Shown piece after piece: positions 9,837 to 19,541 of a DNA stretch of 64,000 bases. Source of the DNA: a virus (taxonomy: Duplodnaviria; Caudoviricetes). The stretch lies in IMG/VR virus record IMGVR_UViG_2901201504_000001, positions 64,001 to 128,000 of that record, one strand, 5' to 3'. Position numbers and translations under genes: made by a program. The notes beneath the pieces were generated by a model. It did no database searches. It had not been told where the DNA came from and saw only the letters and a program-made list of their open reading frames with translations. Each line of letters starts with the position of its first letter. The first letter of the stretch is position 1.

Positions 9837-11000
9837 ATGTGCTTATTGAAAAAAATACTAAACAAAAGAGCATCTGATGACGATACTCTCATTAAAAATT
9901 TAGCCAAGGAAATAGGGTATTCAGATACTCCAATAAGAAATTTTAAAAACAAACCAGAAAAAGAGCTTGATAGTTTTGAATCGTTAGTAAAAATGGTTAG
10001 ATATTTAGAACCTGATAGAGAAATTGAAATTATGATTGATTACTCAAACCATTTAAGATTAAATTTCAATACTGCTCGATATATGCTAGATTATCTATCT
10101 GTAAATAGACAACTAGATGAGATGAATAGCTTAATTGAAAAGATGAAAGAATCATCAAATAAAGAAAGTGCGCTTTGGGCTAAAGCATATTCATTGTTAT
10201 ATTTATGGCAAACACAATCTTTCAAGTTAGATTTAGACAAGTTTTTGAATGAAGTAAATTATTTAGTTACAAAAAACATACCTTCATTAGAAATTTTACA
10301 AAGATTGTTGAAATGTTATATATATGATCAAAAGCAATATCATAAACAAGTACTAGAGATATCTGAAGAAGTTAAATTCCTTATTGAGAAAGTAGAAGAT
10401 AATTATTTAAAAAGGGTTTATTCAGTTAAAATCAATGAAATTACATCTAATCTTAAATTATGGGTTTACAATGATTTTGATGGAGCACGAGAAGATGCAA
10501 ATAAAGTTATAGAAGCTGATTTAGGAATTGGATTTACAGCTTATGCAAAATATACAATTGCTCAATCATATTTTTATACTTCATATGATAAATCTAGAGA
10601 GTATTTCATTGATTGTATTAGACTGTATGAAACTATGAATAGGAAAGAAGTTGCAGAAGATGTTGTCGGTTCTCTTGAGTTTTTAGAAATATTTTGGGAT
10701 CAGAAAAAGCAAGATAGTAGTTTTATATTAAAAGAGAATGAGCTATATATAAAAGCTAAATTAAACATAGATATTACGGAAGACTTACATAATTTTAATG
10801 ACGAAAATAAACAAGGATTTATATTATTTCTTAAAGGTATAAATGAAAATAATACTGATTTTTTATTTAAGTCTATGATTCAAAATCTTAAAGGGGGTGA
10901 TGCCTTTAGTGCCAACGCAGCTAGACTGGAACTTCAGAATAGAGGTTTCAGTGAAGTAGTATTAAATGAACTAATAAAGATTCACGACAATCAAAAGTAA
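9837..11000 (+). CDS. aimR: Arbitrium receptor AimR (HTH plus TPR, RRNPP family)
   Basis: 387 aa; N-terminal HTH (LAKEIGYS...NFKN...ELDSFESLVK), ARYMLDY, WAKAY, helical repeats; followed by a secreted-peptide gene. Confidence 0.9.
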   Translation: MCLLKKILNKRASDDDTLIKNLAKEIGYSDTPIRNFKNKPEKELDSFESLVKMVRYLEPDREIEIMIDYSNHLRLNFNTARYMLDYLSVNRQLDEMNSLIEKMKESSNKESALWAKAYSLLYLWQTQSFKLDLDKFLNEVNYLVTKNIPSLEILQRLLKCYIYDQKQYHKQVLEISEEVKFLIEKVEDNYLKRVYSVKINEITSNLKLWVYNDFDGAREDANKVIEADLGIGFTAYAKYTIAQSYFYTSYDKSREYFIDCIRLYETMNRKEVAEDVVGSLEFLEIFWDQKKQDSSFILKENELYIKAKLNIDITEDLHNFNDENKQGFILFLKGINENNTDFLFKSMIQNLKGGDAFSANAARLELQNRGFSEVVLNELIKIHDNQK

Positions 11001-11029
11001 GGATAGGTGCTTTAAAGGAGGTGATGAAA

Positions 11030-11137
11030 ATGAAGAAATTAGCACTTATCGCATTAGCAGTTGTAGTAATTTTAGCAGTAGGTACATTATTTGGCGGAGA
11101 TTTTTCTGTCGCAGCTCGTCCACCGATGGGCGGGTGA
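11030..11137 (+). CDS. aimP: Arbitrium pre-pro-peptide AimP, MKKLALIALAVVVILAVGTLFGGDFSVAARPPMGG
   Basis: Translated by hand; RBS AAAGGAGGTG; signal peptide plus short C-terminal peptide directly after aimR. Confidence 0.9.
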   Translation: MKKLALIALAVVVILAVGTLFGGDFSVAARPPMGG

Positions 11138-11164
11138 TTCAAAATTTAATACTTAATTAAATTA

Positions 11165-11197
11165 AAAGACGTTATTCCATTCAGGAGTAACGTCTTT
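11165..11197 (+). terminator. Stem-loop between aimP and aimX
   Basis: AAAGACGTTATTCC-ATTCA-GGAGTAACGTCTTT. Confidence 0.8.
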
Positions 11198-11264
11198 CAT
11201 AATTTTACGAAGAAATACCGATTTTTTAAAAATGAAAAATTGGAACTTTAAAGGAGAAATGATC

Positions 11265-11426
11265 ATGTTAACTAATCTAAATCAAATCACACAAACAAAT
11301 AGTAACTTTTATGAAGCGATGAAGAATGGATATCTTAGTACTGGGGAACTTAATCTTGAGCTTGCAAATGAATTATTGACTCCGGAGAATGAAGCCTTTG
11401 AAACTACTGAAATATTTCTAAAATAA
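11265..11426 (+). CDS. aimX: AimX, MazE C-terminal mimic
   Basis: Lies after the aimP terminator; AMKNGYLSTGELNLELANE...ENEA aligns by eye to MazE MRRGYMEMAKINLNISSE...ECEA; RBS AAAGGAG. Confidence 0.75.
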   Translation: MLTNLNQITQTNSNFYEAMKNGYLSTGELNLELANELLTPENEAFETTEIFLK

Positions 11427-11440
11427 GTATACTCTTAAAA

Positions 11441-11469
11441 AGCAATTCATTATCTGAGTTGCTTTTTTT
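11441..11469 (+). terminator. Intrinsic terminator after aimX
   Basis: AGCAATTCA-TTATC-TGAGTTGCT followed by a T run. Confidence 0.8.
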
Positions 11470-11491
11470 GGTAATTTTTTGTTATTAAGTA

Positions 11492-11520
11492 TTGATTTTA
11501 TTAATACGCCATATTATAAT
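11492..11520 (+). promoter_or_regulatory. sigmaA promoter
   Basis: TTGATT-17 bp-TATAAT. Confidence 0.7.
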
Positions 11521-11583
11521 GAAATTAATAAAAATTAATTAATGTAAAATATTAAAATTAAACAAAAAGAGGTTGGTGGTGAT

Positions 11584-11796
11584 ATGTCTTTTGAAAAAGA
11601 TTTTATAAGTGGTTATAAAGAATTAATGATTGAACGTGATCGAGTAATTGAAGAGGTTGAATTTATGGTCTTAGATTACATAAGGAATGTAGTAGCAGAG
11701 TATAGTCGAGAGTATTGTTATTGTATGGATGAGGAATTACTAATGAATGCTGCATCAAATGTCATTATGTCAGAGATTGAAAGAATAAGAGGATAA
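11584..11796 (+). CDS. Hypothetical protein
   Basis: ORF directly after the promoter, with RBS. Confidence 0.65.
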   Translation: MSFEKDFISGYKELMIERDRVIEEVEFMVLDYIRNVVAEYSREYCYCMDEELLMNAASNVIMSEIERIRG

Positions 11797-11822
11797 TTAT
11801 AAGGGAGTGATTAAGATGTGTA

Positions 11823-12212
11823 TTGCATCAAAAAGTGGGAGAGTTAGAAAGTGTGATAACAAATATTGATAATGAACGGAAAAGGCTGAATTTACTTCTG
11901 TCACAACTAGATAAAGAGTTGAATAAGCAATATCACAAAATTGAACAGGCGAATTTTAATGCAGCGGAAGGCTACTTTTTATCTAGAGAATTACAAATTA
12001 TTTTACGTAAAAGAAGGGTTGTGAAAGAAGAACTGTATACTTTAGTAAGATTAAATCAACACTTAGATGTTACCAGCGTTGTGAAGACACTTCCCAAGGT
12101 AAAAAATTGTTTGAAACAAATACATAGCGTAAAAAACACAAAAAAGAAGGATGAATGGAAAAAAGGTTGGAAAGATCACTTTAGAGCTGAAGAAATGCAG
12201 CTTCAACATTAA
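11823..12212 (+). CDS. Hypothetical coiled-coil phage protein
   Basis: YHKIE...FNAAEGY...RKRRVVKEE pattern. Confidence 0.7.
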   Translation: MHQKVGELESVITNIDNERKRLNLLLSQLDKELNKQYHKIEQANFNAAEGYFLSRELQIILRKRRVVKEELYTLVRLNQHLDVTSVVKTLPKVKNCLKQIHSVKNTKKKDEWKKGWKDHFRAEEMQLQH

Positions 12213-12308
12213 TGTCAAAGTTTTATTGGAAGTTAAAAATCTGAATTTTATATGTAATATAATAATATTAAAAACTAATACACTAATATAAAACGATGGA
12301 GGGATGAA

Positions 12309-13379
12309 ATGTTTACTAAAGATGCTTACATGATTGAAGTAAATAATAAATATATTTCCAGGAGAAGACATTCAGAGTATGATAACTTAGTTATTCTGAA
12401 TTATACCGAAAATGCCACTTATGAATGAAGGTGGAATGATATTACTCTATCAGCTAGAGGATTGATTATTGATGAAAAGACTGGAGAAGTAGTTGCAAGG
12501 CCGTTTCCTAAATTTTTTAATTACGGTGAGTTGCCGGAATACGAATCAGACATTCCATTCCATGAAACACCTGAATTCACAGTAAAGCAAGATGGTTCTT
12601 TAGGAATTAGTTATAAAGTAAATGGATATACATATTGGTCTACGAGAGGCTCATTTGAGTCAGAACAAGCTAAAGCAGCTCAAGTTATATGGGATAGAAA
12701 ATATGCAAATGTGGATATTCCAGATGAATTAACACTTTTAGTAGAGATAATTGATCCTGCAACAAGGGTGGTAGTTGATTATAAAGGTTTATCAGATTTA
12801 ATTATCATAGGTGCAGTAAATAGGTTTAATGGTTATGACTATAGCTATAAAGAATTGAAGGAATTAGGAAATAAATTAGGTATGATTGTTACGGAACAAA
12901 TCCCTCTTACTATACAAGAAGCTGTTCGATTGAAGGAAACAATAGATTATAACAGTGAAGGTTGGGTGCTACGCTGGTCTAATGGGAAACGTTTAAAAAT
13001 TAAGGGCAATAACTATCTAGATATACATAAGTTAGCATATGGATTATCTCAGAAGATGAAGACTGAATTTTGGAAAGATGAAAATATTGAAGAGTTAATA
13101 CTCAAAATGCCAGAAGAATTCAGAGAGGAAATTGAAAAATTCAATGATAGTTTAAATATCCATCTAAGCATTTTAATAAATACAGTTACTTCTTACGTAA
13201 ACACTTGTAAAGAGATGAGTAAAGATCGCAAAGAATTTGCTATGAATGTTAATATACACACTCCCAAAGAAATTAGGTATCTGATATTTAAAGAATATGA
13301 TAAAAAGCTAGATTCAAAAGTATATAGAGAGCATATCTACAAGAACTATCTAAATTACATTAATGGAGGAATAGGATGA
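12309..13379 (+). pseudogene. T4 Rnl1-like RNA ligase interrupted by an in-frame TGA at 12426-12428
   Basis: RBS GGAGGG, ATG 12309, MFTK...LNYTENATYE*RWNDITLSARGLIID continues in frame; PFPKFFN, KQDGS (motif I), EGWV, LKIK. Confidence 0.85.
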
Positions 13380-14356
13380 ATAAATTAATAATGTTAGTTG
13401 GTTTACCAGCAAGTGGTAAAAGCACATTAGCGGAAAAATTATCGAAAGAATATGATGCAGAAATCGTCTCTTCAGATGAAATTAGAAAAGAGTTATTTAA
13501 TGATATTAATGATCAAACTAATAATGATACAGTTTTCAATGTAATGCATGAAAGAGTTATTAAACTCCTCAATGCCGACAGAAGTGCTATTTATGATGCA
13601 ACAAACTTAAATAGAAAGCGGAGAAAACACTTAATCAATCATGTATTTAAAGCGGATCAAAAGATTGTTTACTACATTAATGAAAGTATTGGAACTGTGT
13701 TATGTAGAGACAGTGAACGTGAAAGAAATGTAGGAGAGAAAATAATAAGTAAAATGTATAAAAATCTTCATATTCCAGTTGAAGGAGAAGGATGGGATAA
13801 GGTAATTTACGTTAATTACTACAATGATGGGTTGTTGAGATTAAAAAAGCACTATGAAGAAGTTATCACTACTGTACATTCTCATGATGAACTGTTTGGA
13901 TATCTAACTGCATATATTAGTGAGTTCAGTGAAATTCTAAATTTACCACAGGATTCTAGCTATCATTCCTTTTCAGTAAGTAGGCATACATATTATGTAC
14001 ATAACTATATTCTAGAGAACTATCATAATGAAGATAGATTAATTTTATTATGGGCAAGTTTATTTCATGATATTGGAAAATCATATTGTAAATCATTTAC
14101 TAACTTTAAGGGAGAAGAAACAAAATATGCGAATTTCATAGGACATGAATATGTTTCTTCTCAGATAGCAGCAAAACGATTAGGGATGTTAGGATACGAT
14201 GAAAACTTTATTAAAAAAATTGTAACCTTAGTACAATTCCACATGATGCCGATGAGAGCTAGTGAAAAGAAAATGAATGAAATCAATAGGCTAATTGGAG
14301 ATGATTTATATGCTAAGTTAATGATACTTAGTGAAGCAGATACGCAGGCTAAATAA
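13376..14356 (+). CDS. Polynucleotide kinase (AAA_33-type P-loop) fused to an HD phosphohydrolase
   Basis: GLPASGKST, SSDEIR, YDATN; H...FHDIGK...GHE...HM...D. Confidence 0.85.
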   Translation: MNKLIMLVGLPASGKSTLAEKLSKEYDAEIVSSDEIRKELFNDINDQTNNDTVFNVMHERVIKLLNADRSAIYDATNLNRKRRKHLINHVFKADQKIVYYINESIGTVLCRDSERERNVGEKIISKMYKNLHIPVEGEGWDKVIYVNYYNDGLLRLKKHYEEVITTVHSHDELFGYLTAYISEFSEILNLPQDSSYHSFSVSRHTYYVHNYILENYHNEDRLILLWASLFHDIGKSYCKSFTNFKGEETKYANFIGHEYVSSQIAAKRLGMLGYDENFIKKIVTLVQFHMMPMRASEKKMNEINRLIGDDLYAKLMILSEADTQAK

Positions 14357-14385
14357 AAAGTCGATGTTATTAGGAGGTAGGGAAT

Positions 14386-14520
14386 ATGTTTTTATGTGAG
14401 AAATGTTTGGATGATAATTTTAAGAATTTCGCAATACCTTTTAGTCGTGGAAAATGTGAATTCTGTGAAAAAGTTAAAGTATGTGTAGATATTCCAAGTA
14501 AGTTTCTAGTGAAGAGATAG
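14386..14520 (+). CDS. Small zinc-finger protein (not in the ORF track)
   Basis: MFLCEKC...CEFC; RBS GGAGG. Confidence 0.6.
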   Translation: MFLCEKCLDDNFKNFAIPFSRGKCEFCEKVKVCVDIPSKFLVKR

Positions 14521-14549
14521 ACACGATTTTATTCTAATTAAGAACGATT

Positions 14550-14759
14550 ATGCGAAGGAATGGTGTGACTATGAGTAGTGAAAGAACGGTGAAAGAATTA
14601 AAAGAGGACATCAAACGAGAAATAGAAGCAACTCGGACTTTAAGAGAAACTGGAAGCGGATTTTACTATGAATATAAAGATTGGCAGTCAAAAAAGGATT
14701 GTGAGAGATTAGAGAAATTATTAAATGAAATTATCTATTTCGAATGGGAGTATTGTTGA
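14550..14759 (+). CDS. Hypothetical protein
   Basis: ORF; probable start at 14571. Confidence 0.55.
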   Translation: MRRNGVTMSSERTVKELKEDIKREIEATRTLRETGSGFYYEYKDWQSKKDCERLEKLLNEIIYFEWEYC

Positions 14760-14825
14760 GTGATTCTGTCATATAGCGTAGAAACTAAATAAAAGAACAA
14801 TTTCATTTTAAGGGTGGGGTGAAAA

Positions 14826-15206
14826 ATGTCAGTTAACGTATTTTGTGATGCATCTGTTAATAATAAAAAGCAAATGGCCGTATTGGGAGCAATAATAAGA
14901 CATAAAAATGAAATAATACATAAAAACCAATGCGTTGTAGAGAATGTTTCTGGTGGATCGTATCATGGGGAATTATTAGCTATAGAAATGACTGTGAATC
15001 TTTTGAAAGAATTGAATATGAGCCAAGTTAAAGTATTTACAGATTGTCAAAGTGCAGTTTATAGATTGCGAAACCAGCTAAAGAAAGGTGCAAAACACAG
15101 AAAACGCATTGAAAAGATAAAAGAAAAAGCTAAAGAATTAGAACTTGAATTCCATTGGATTCCAAGAGAGAGAAATAAAACTGTTGATAAATTAACAAGA
15201 ATATAA
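14826..15206 (+). CDS. Ribonuclease HI-like protein
   Basis: FCDAS, GELLAI, FTDCQ, HWIPRERN..VD; DEDD catalytic set intact. Confidence 0.88.
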   Translation: MSVNVFCDASVNNKKQMAVLGAIIRHKNEIIHKNQCVVENVSGGSYHGELLAIEMTVNLLKELNMSQVKVFTDCQSAVYRLRNQLKKGAKHRKRIEKIKEKAKELELEFHWIPRERNKTVDKLTRI

Positions 15207-15237
15207 ATTAATAAATTTTATAAAGGGAGATAATTGA

Positions 15238-15942
15238 ATGAGAAAAGAAGCGTTTAAAGCACTTGTAGGATCACATAATTATAATCTTAACGATGCCGAC
15301 TCTGACAAAGATTATAAGCTGTTTTATTATCCAACATTTGACGATTTGTATTTCGGTGATAAAGTTTCAAAATCCAAAGTTAGCAAGACAGAAGACATTG
15401 AGTTCCATGATATTAGGAAATTACCTGATATGCTATGGAAAAGTAATGTAAATTTCATGGAAGTATTGTTTTCTACAGAAGTAGTAGCTAATGATAATTT
15501 GTATAAAGAACTTCATCAAAAGAGAGAATCTATTGCTCGAATGAACCTTCCATATTTGTATGATGCTTGTATGGGGATGTATTTTAATAAACGTAAATCA
15601 TATGATAAACAAAATGAAAAAGGTGACGAAAAAGCAGCAAATAAACACATCATGGGAGCTTTTAGGATTCTGGATTTCCTTTTCAGATATCAGCAAGGAG
15701 ATTTTTTGAACTTTGAAGAGTCAATAAATTATCATAATGAAGATCCTTATAGAGACTTCCTGTTTACGGCTAAAGAAGGTAAAGTTTTTAATGTGATTGA
15801 TAGATTAAACAATAAGCTAAGGATTATAGAAGAAATTAAACATAGATATAAAGATCAAGAACTTGATCACGGTGTAAATAAGTTTGTAATTGATACAGTT
15901 AAACATTATGTAAAAGAAAATATATATGAAGAATTAAATTAA
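15238..15942 (+). CDS. Pol-beta superfamily nucleotidyltransferase
   Basis: VGSHNYNLNDADSDKDYK (GS...DxD), HDIRK, NFMEVLF. Confidence 0.8.
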   Translation: MRKEAFKALVGSHNYNLNDADSDKDYKLFYYPTFDDLYFGDKVSKSKVSKTEDIEFHDIRKLPDMLWKSNVNFMEVLFSTEVVANDNLYKELHQKRESIARMNLPYLYDACMGMYFNKRKSYDKQNEKGDEKAANKHIMGAFRILDFLFRYQQGDFLNFEESINYHNEDPYRDFLFTAKEGKVFNVIDRLNNKLRIIEEIKHRYKDQELDHGVNKFVIDTVKHYVKENIYEELN

Positions 15943-15999
15943 TATAAAATACCATTTTCATCGTTCGAAAATAAATTAATACAAAAAGGGAGAGAATGG

Positions 16000-16407
16000 A
16001 TGAAAGAAATTTTGGAATATATTTTACCTCCAGGTGATCAAATCATTAAATATGATCAAGTAAACGAAAAAATCTTGCTAGAACATAGAATGACAACATC
16101 TCTATATGACTATATCGAAGTAGTTACAAATTATTATGACGATGATGAAATGCCATATATCAACAATTGGACTGACGTTGAATGTATGGGATATGGTTGG
16201 GCTTGGTTGAATTATGAAGAAAAAGATTGGCATAAAATGATGGGTAAACTTGTTTCTGACACAGCAGATTTATTGTTGCTAAATATGGATAATGCCCTAT
16301 ATTTTGTTTATGAAAACGAGAAGGTAAGAACTTATCATTTTGTATCTCTAGATGACTGGAGAGAAGATAAATTAATTAGTTTTTCAAATGAGGAAATTGA
16401 TTTTTAA
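16000..16407 (+). CDS. Hypothetical protein
   Basis: RBS AAGGGAG. Confidence 0.7.
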   Translation: MKEILEYILPPGDQIIKYDQVNEKILLEHRMTTSLYDYIEVVTNYYDDDEMPYINNWTDVECMGYGWAWLNYEEKDWHKMMGKLVSDTADLLLLNMDNALYFVYENEKVRTYHFVSLDDWREDKLISFSNEEIDF

Positions 16408-16457
16408 TTAGTATATAAAGAGTCGATATTCCACAACATAATTTTAAAAAGGAATTT

Positions 16458-17312
16458 GTGACAATGTTAATATCACCAATGTTATTACATACAGCTATAG
16501 AACCATTTAATGATGAGAACTGGATATTTGAAATTAAATATAACGGTGTTCGTTTGTTATTAGATACAGATGGACATAACCAAACACTATATACTCGACA
16601 TGGAACTATACTAAATGGTCGTTTAGCTGAATTAAATAATCTAGAACTACCTAATTGTTTATTAGATGGTGAATTAGTTTGTTTTAACAATAAGGGATTA
16701 GAGGACTTTGAAGGAGTGATGTCTCGTGTAAATTCTAAAAGTATAAGATCAATCAATAAGGGAGTAGTAAATTTACCAATTACATATGTTGTATTTGATG
16801 TATTGAGATTTAAAGGCAAAAAGATAATGAAGTACGAGCTTATAGATAGAAAAGAAATACTTAATGAACTCTTTGAAGACAGTGAAGTGCTTAGGAAATC
16901 TATATCAATCCAATGTGATGGAAAACATCTGTTTAGTGAAGTTGAAAAAATCGGACTAGAAGGAATTGTAGCAAAGAAAATCCATTCTAAATATCAACCT
17001 GATACACGCTCAAATAATTGGTTAAAAATAATCAATTGGAGATACTATGAATGTTTTATTGCAGGCTATAAAAAGAATGGAACTGGTTTTCTAATAACAT
17101 TTGCTGATAGTAATAAGAGTGCTGGATTATTGGAATTTGGAATGAATCCAATGCAGAAACAGGCTTTCTATGGGGTAGTTGCAGGAATCAAAACAGGTGA
17201 AAATAATCAATATGTTTTCATTGAACCTGTGATTAAATGCAAAATTAAAGGGAGAGGAGTACTTAAAAGTGGATGCGTTATGACACCAGTGTTTGTTGAT
17301 TTTATTTTGTAG
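16458..17312 (+). CDS. ligB: ATP-dependent DNA ligase (YoqV/LigB-like)
   Basis: EIKYNGVR, LDGEL, VFDVL, EGIVAK, WLKI motifs. Confidence 0.88.
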   Translation: MTMLISPMLLHTAIEPFNDENWIFEIKYNGVRLLLDTDGHNQTLYTRHGTILNGRLAELNNLELPNCLLDGELVCFNNKGLEDFEGVMSRVNSKSIRSINKGVVNLPITYVVFDVLRFKGKKIMKYELIDRKEILNELFEDSEVLRKSISIQCDGKHLFSEVEKIGLEGIVAKKIHSKYQPDTRSNNWLKIINWRYYECFIAGYKKNGTGFLITFADSNKSAGLLEFGMNPMQKQAFYGVVAGIKTGENNQYVFIEPVIKCKIKGRGVLKSGCVMTPVFVDFIL

Positions 17313-17377
17313 ATGTAGTCAGTTTAGTAGATATAGTTTGAAGATAAATTAATCTAAAAAAATAAAGGAGCGAGTGA

Positions 17378-17680
17378 ATGTCGTATTTTGAATTTAATGA
17401 ACCTTATTACGCGTTAGTAAAAACACATCAGACAACAGTTGACAGAAGAATTATAAATCAATATGTCTCCCTATACGAAGAACATGTTGCAAAACTAGAT
17501 GGGATTTATGATGTAATAAAATTTAGAAATGCACAAGGTAGAAATGTTTGGGAAGATGAAGCGTTCTTTATATTTTCAAGAGCGAAAGAAAATGAAGCTA
17601 AGTCATTTGACGAATTAAAAGAGATTTTTAAAGAAATACCTTTTAACTCAATTGTCGTATTAGATAATGCATTATCTTAA
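17378..17680 (+). CDS. Hypothetical phage protein
   Basis: RBS AAAGGAG. Confidence 0.7.
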   Translation: MSYFEFNEPYYALVKTHQTTVDRRIINQYVSLYEEHVAKLDGIYDVIKFRNAQGRNVWEDEAFFIFSRAKENEAKSFDELKEIFKEIPFNSIVVLDNALS

Positions 17681-17719
17681 TTACATAATAAATGATTTAT
17701 TTTATAAGGAGATGATGTA

Positions 17720-17983
17720 TTGGTGAGAGAACAAGTACAATGGTTTGCTAAACAAATGGAAGCTAAATTAATTAATAATGATTTTAAAGGTGGTTGGGAT
17801 GATTGTGATTTATTTGTATTAATAGAGAAATTGGAAGATGAAGTTGCTGAATTGAAGTCATCATTTTTTGATTATCTTAATATTAATGCAGAAAGTCCAG
17901 ATATAATATCTGAAGCGGCTGATGTTGCAAACTTTTCAATGATGATTGCTGATATAGCAAGAAAAAGATTAAAAGTTAAGTAA
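17720..17983 (+). CDS. MazG-like all-alpha NTP pyrophosphohydrolase
   Basis: LEDEVAEL...EAADVANFSMMIAD (EXXE...EXXD). Confidence 0.6.
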   Translation: MVREQVQWFAKQMEAKLINNDFKGGWDDCDLFVLIEKLEDEVAELKSSFFDYLNINAESPDIISEAADVANFSMMIADIARKRLKVK

Positions 17984-18431
17984 TTAAGATTTATAGGGAG
18001 ATGATAAAATATGGAACGAGAAATTCAATGGTTAGTAAGAAAAGAAAACGAGTGCAACTCGAAGATTTGGTGAAGAATAAAATAGTCATATTATTATTTA
18101 ATTAACACTATATACAGTGATTTGTGGTTATATATTTTGAGGGGAGTTGCATAAGTGAAAAGAAATGATTTTGAATCACTTAAAATAAAAGCTAAAAAAA
18201 CGAAACTATAAGAAACTTTTTAGATAATGAAGAAAAACGTGATAATCCATTCTTCAAAGGATATAAAAGTAAACAGTTCTTCAATTTTGAGAAAGGGACT
18301 GATATTAAATAAAAATTAAAGTAGATTTAAAGGTGCTGACATTAGTCGAGGAATACAGTCATGTAACTATTGGATTGTTTTTAGGTGAACGACTAATTAA
18401 TATTGTAGCTGTAAAGGAGTGAATCGTTGAG

Positions 18432-18614
18432 ATGTTCAATGTAAAATGCTGTATTTGCAAAGAAGAAACCAATAGTCCATATACGTCAATTAAACATTTA
18501 GGTAATGGGAAAGCAAAGGTTTATAGTGGGCATAAGAGATGTTTGTCATTATTAGAAACAAAGCTGAAGTTAGGTGACAAAGTAGATTATGACTTGATTA
18601 ATGTTAAGGGGTGA
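18432..18614 (+). CDS. Small zinc-binding protein
   Basis: CCIC...HKRC. Confidence 0.6.
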   Translation: MFNVKCCICKEETNSPYTSIKHLGNGKAKVYSGHKRCLSLLETKLKLGDKVDYDLINVKG

Positions 18615-18849
18615 TTATGTGAAAGCAATCTATAAAGGTTTCGAAATAAATGTGGAACGTAGTGGAATACTATACTTTACTGTAATGGAGCTGGATACTC
18701 ATTGGCCATTAGTTGATAGTTTTGAAGATTCAAGTGAAACAATTAGAGAAAAGATAAAACAATTGAAAGAAGTTGTTGATGATTACTTAGAGAACCCAAG
18801 TGATTATATAGATGAGGAGGACATGGATGAAGAAAGCATTTGTAGTTAG
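18601..18849 (+). CDS. Hypothetical protein
   Basis: Overlapping operon-like arrangement. Confidence 0.6.
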   Translation: MLRGDYVKAIYKGFEINVERSGILYFTVMELDTHWPLVDSFEDSSETIREKIKQLKEVVDDYLENPSDYIDEEDMDEESICS

Positions 18850-19537
18850 TGATATACACGGCTGTTACGACCAGTTCATAAAAGTACTAGAGCATTGGGA
18901 TAAAGAAATGGAATTAGTTATTCTTGGTGATTTGATTGACAGAGGGGATAAATCACTGGAAGTTGTGCAGCATGTAATGGAATTGAAAGATACATATGGT
19001 GATAAAGTAACGGTACTTAAAGGAAATCATGAAGATATGTTCTTGAATTTCTTAGATGATCCATTTGAATGTGGAGAGATATTCTTTATAAATGGTGGCA
19101 ATAGAACGGCCTTTTCATTTACAAATGATGAATTCTTAATGTTCAAGAGCTATGAAGAAAGAGTTAAATTAATCAAATTAATGAATCCAGAAGTTGATTT
19201 TATTAGAAACCTAGATTTATATTATGAATTTGGAAATGTATTATTCGTACATGCTGGTATTAATCCATTGTTATCAGATTGGAGAAATACTTCTGAAACT
19301 GACTTTATGTGGACAAGAAATATGACTTACAACAAGAATGAAACAGGATTGACTATTGTATTCGGCCATACTCCTACACAAATGTTACATAAGAATAACA
19401 GCAATAATGATATTTGGATGAGTAAAGATCAGTCTTACATATGTATTGATGGTGGATGTGCTTTTGGAGGACAATTAAACGCCATTGTAATTGATGGCAA
19501 AGGTGAAATTTTAGAGAAATACGATGTGAAAGGATGA
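18827..19537 (+). CDS. Calcineurin-like metallophosphoesterase (Ser/Thr phosphatase family)
   Basis: SDIHG, GDLIDRG, GNHE, HAG, FGHTP, IDGGC; RBS GAGGAGG. Confidence 0.9.
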   Translation: MKKAFVVSDIHGCYDQFIKVLEHWDKEMELVILGDLIDRGDKSLEVVQHVMELKDTYGDKVTVLKGNHEDMFLNFLDDPFECGEIFFINGGNRTAFSFTNDEFLMFKSYEERVKLIKLMNPEVDFIRNLDLYYEFGNVLFVHAGINPLLSDWRNTSETDFMWTRNMTYNKNETGLTIVFGHTPTQMLHKNNSNNDIWMSKDQSYICIDGGCAFGGQLNAIVIDGKGEILEKYDVKG

Positions 19538-19541
19538 TAAT

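Noticed and set aside
10948-11142. Minus-strand 64-aa ORF
   Set aside because: Antisense shadow of aimP, which has a strong RBS and signal peptide
11198-11260. AimR operator
   Set aside because: No convincing inverted repeat of the expected spacing could be picked out of the AT-rich sequence
14826-15206. Retroelement or retron
   Set aside because: Solo RNase H; no reverse transcriptase in the window
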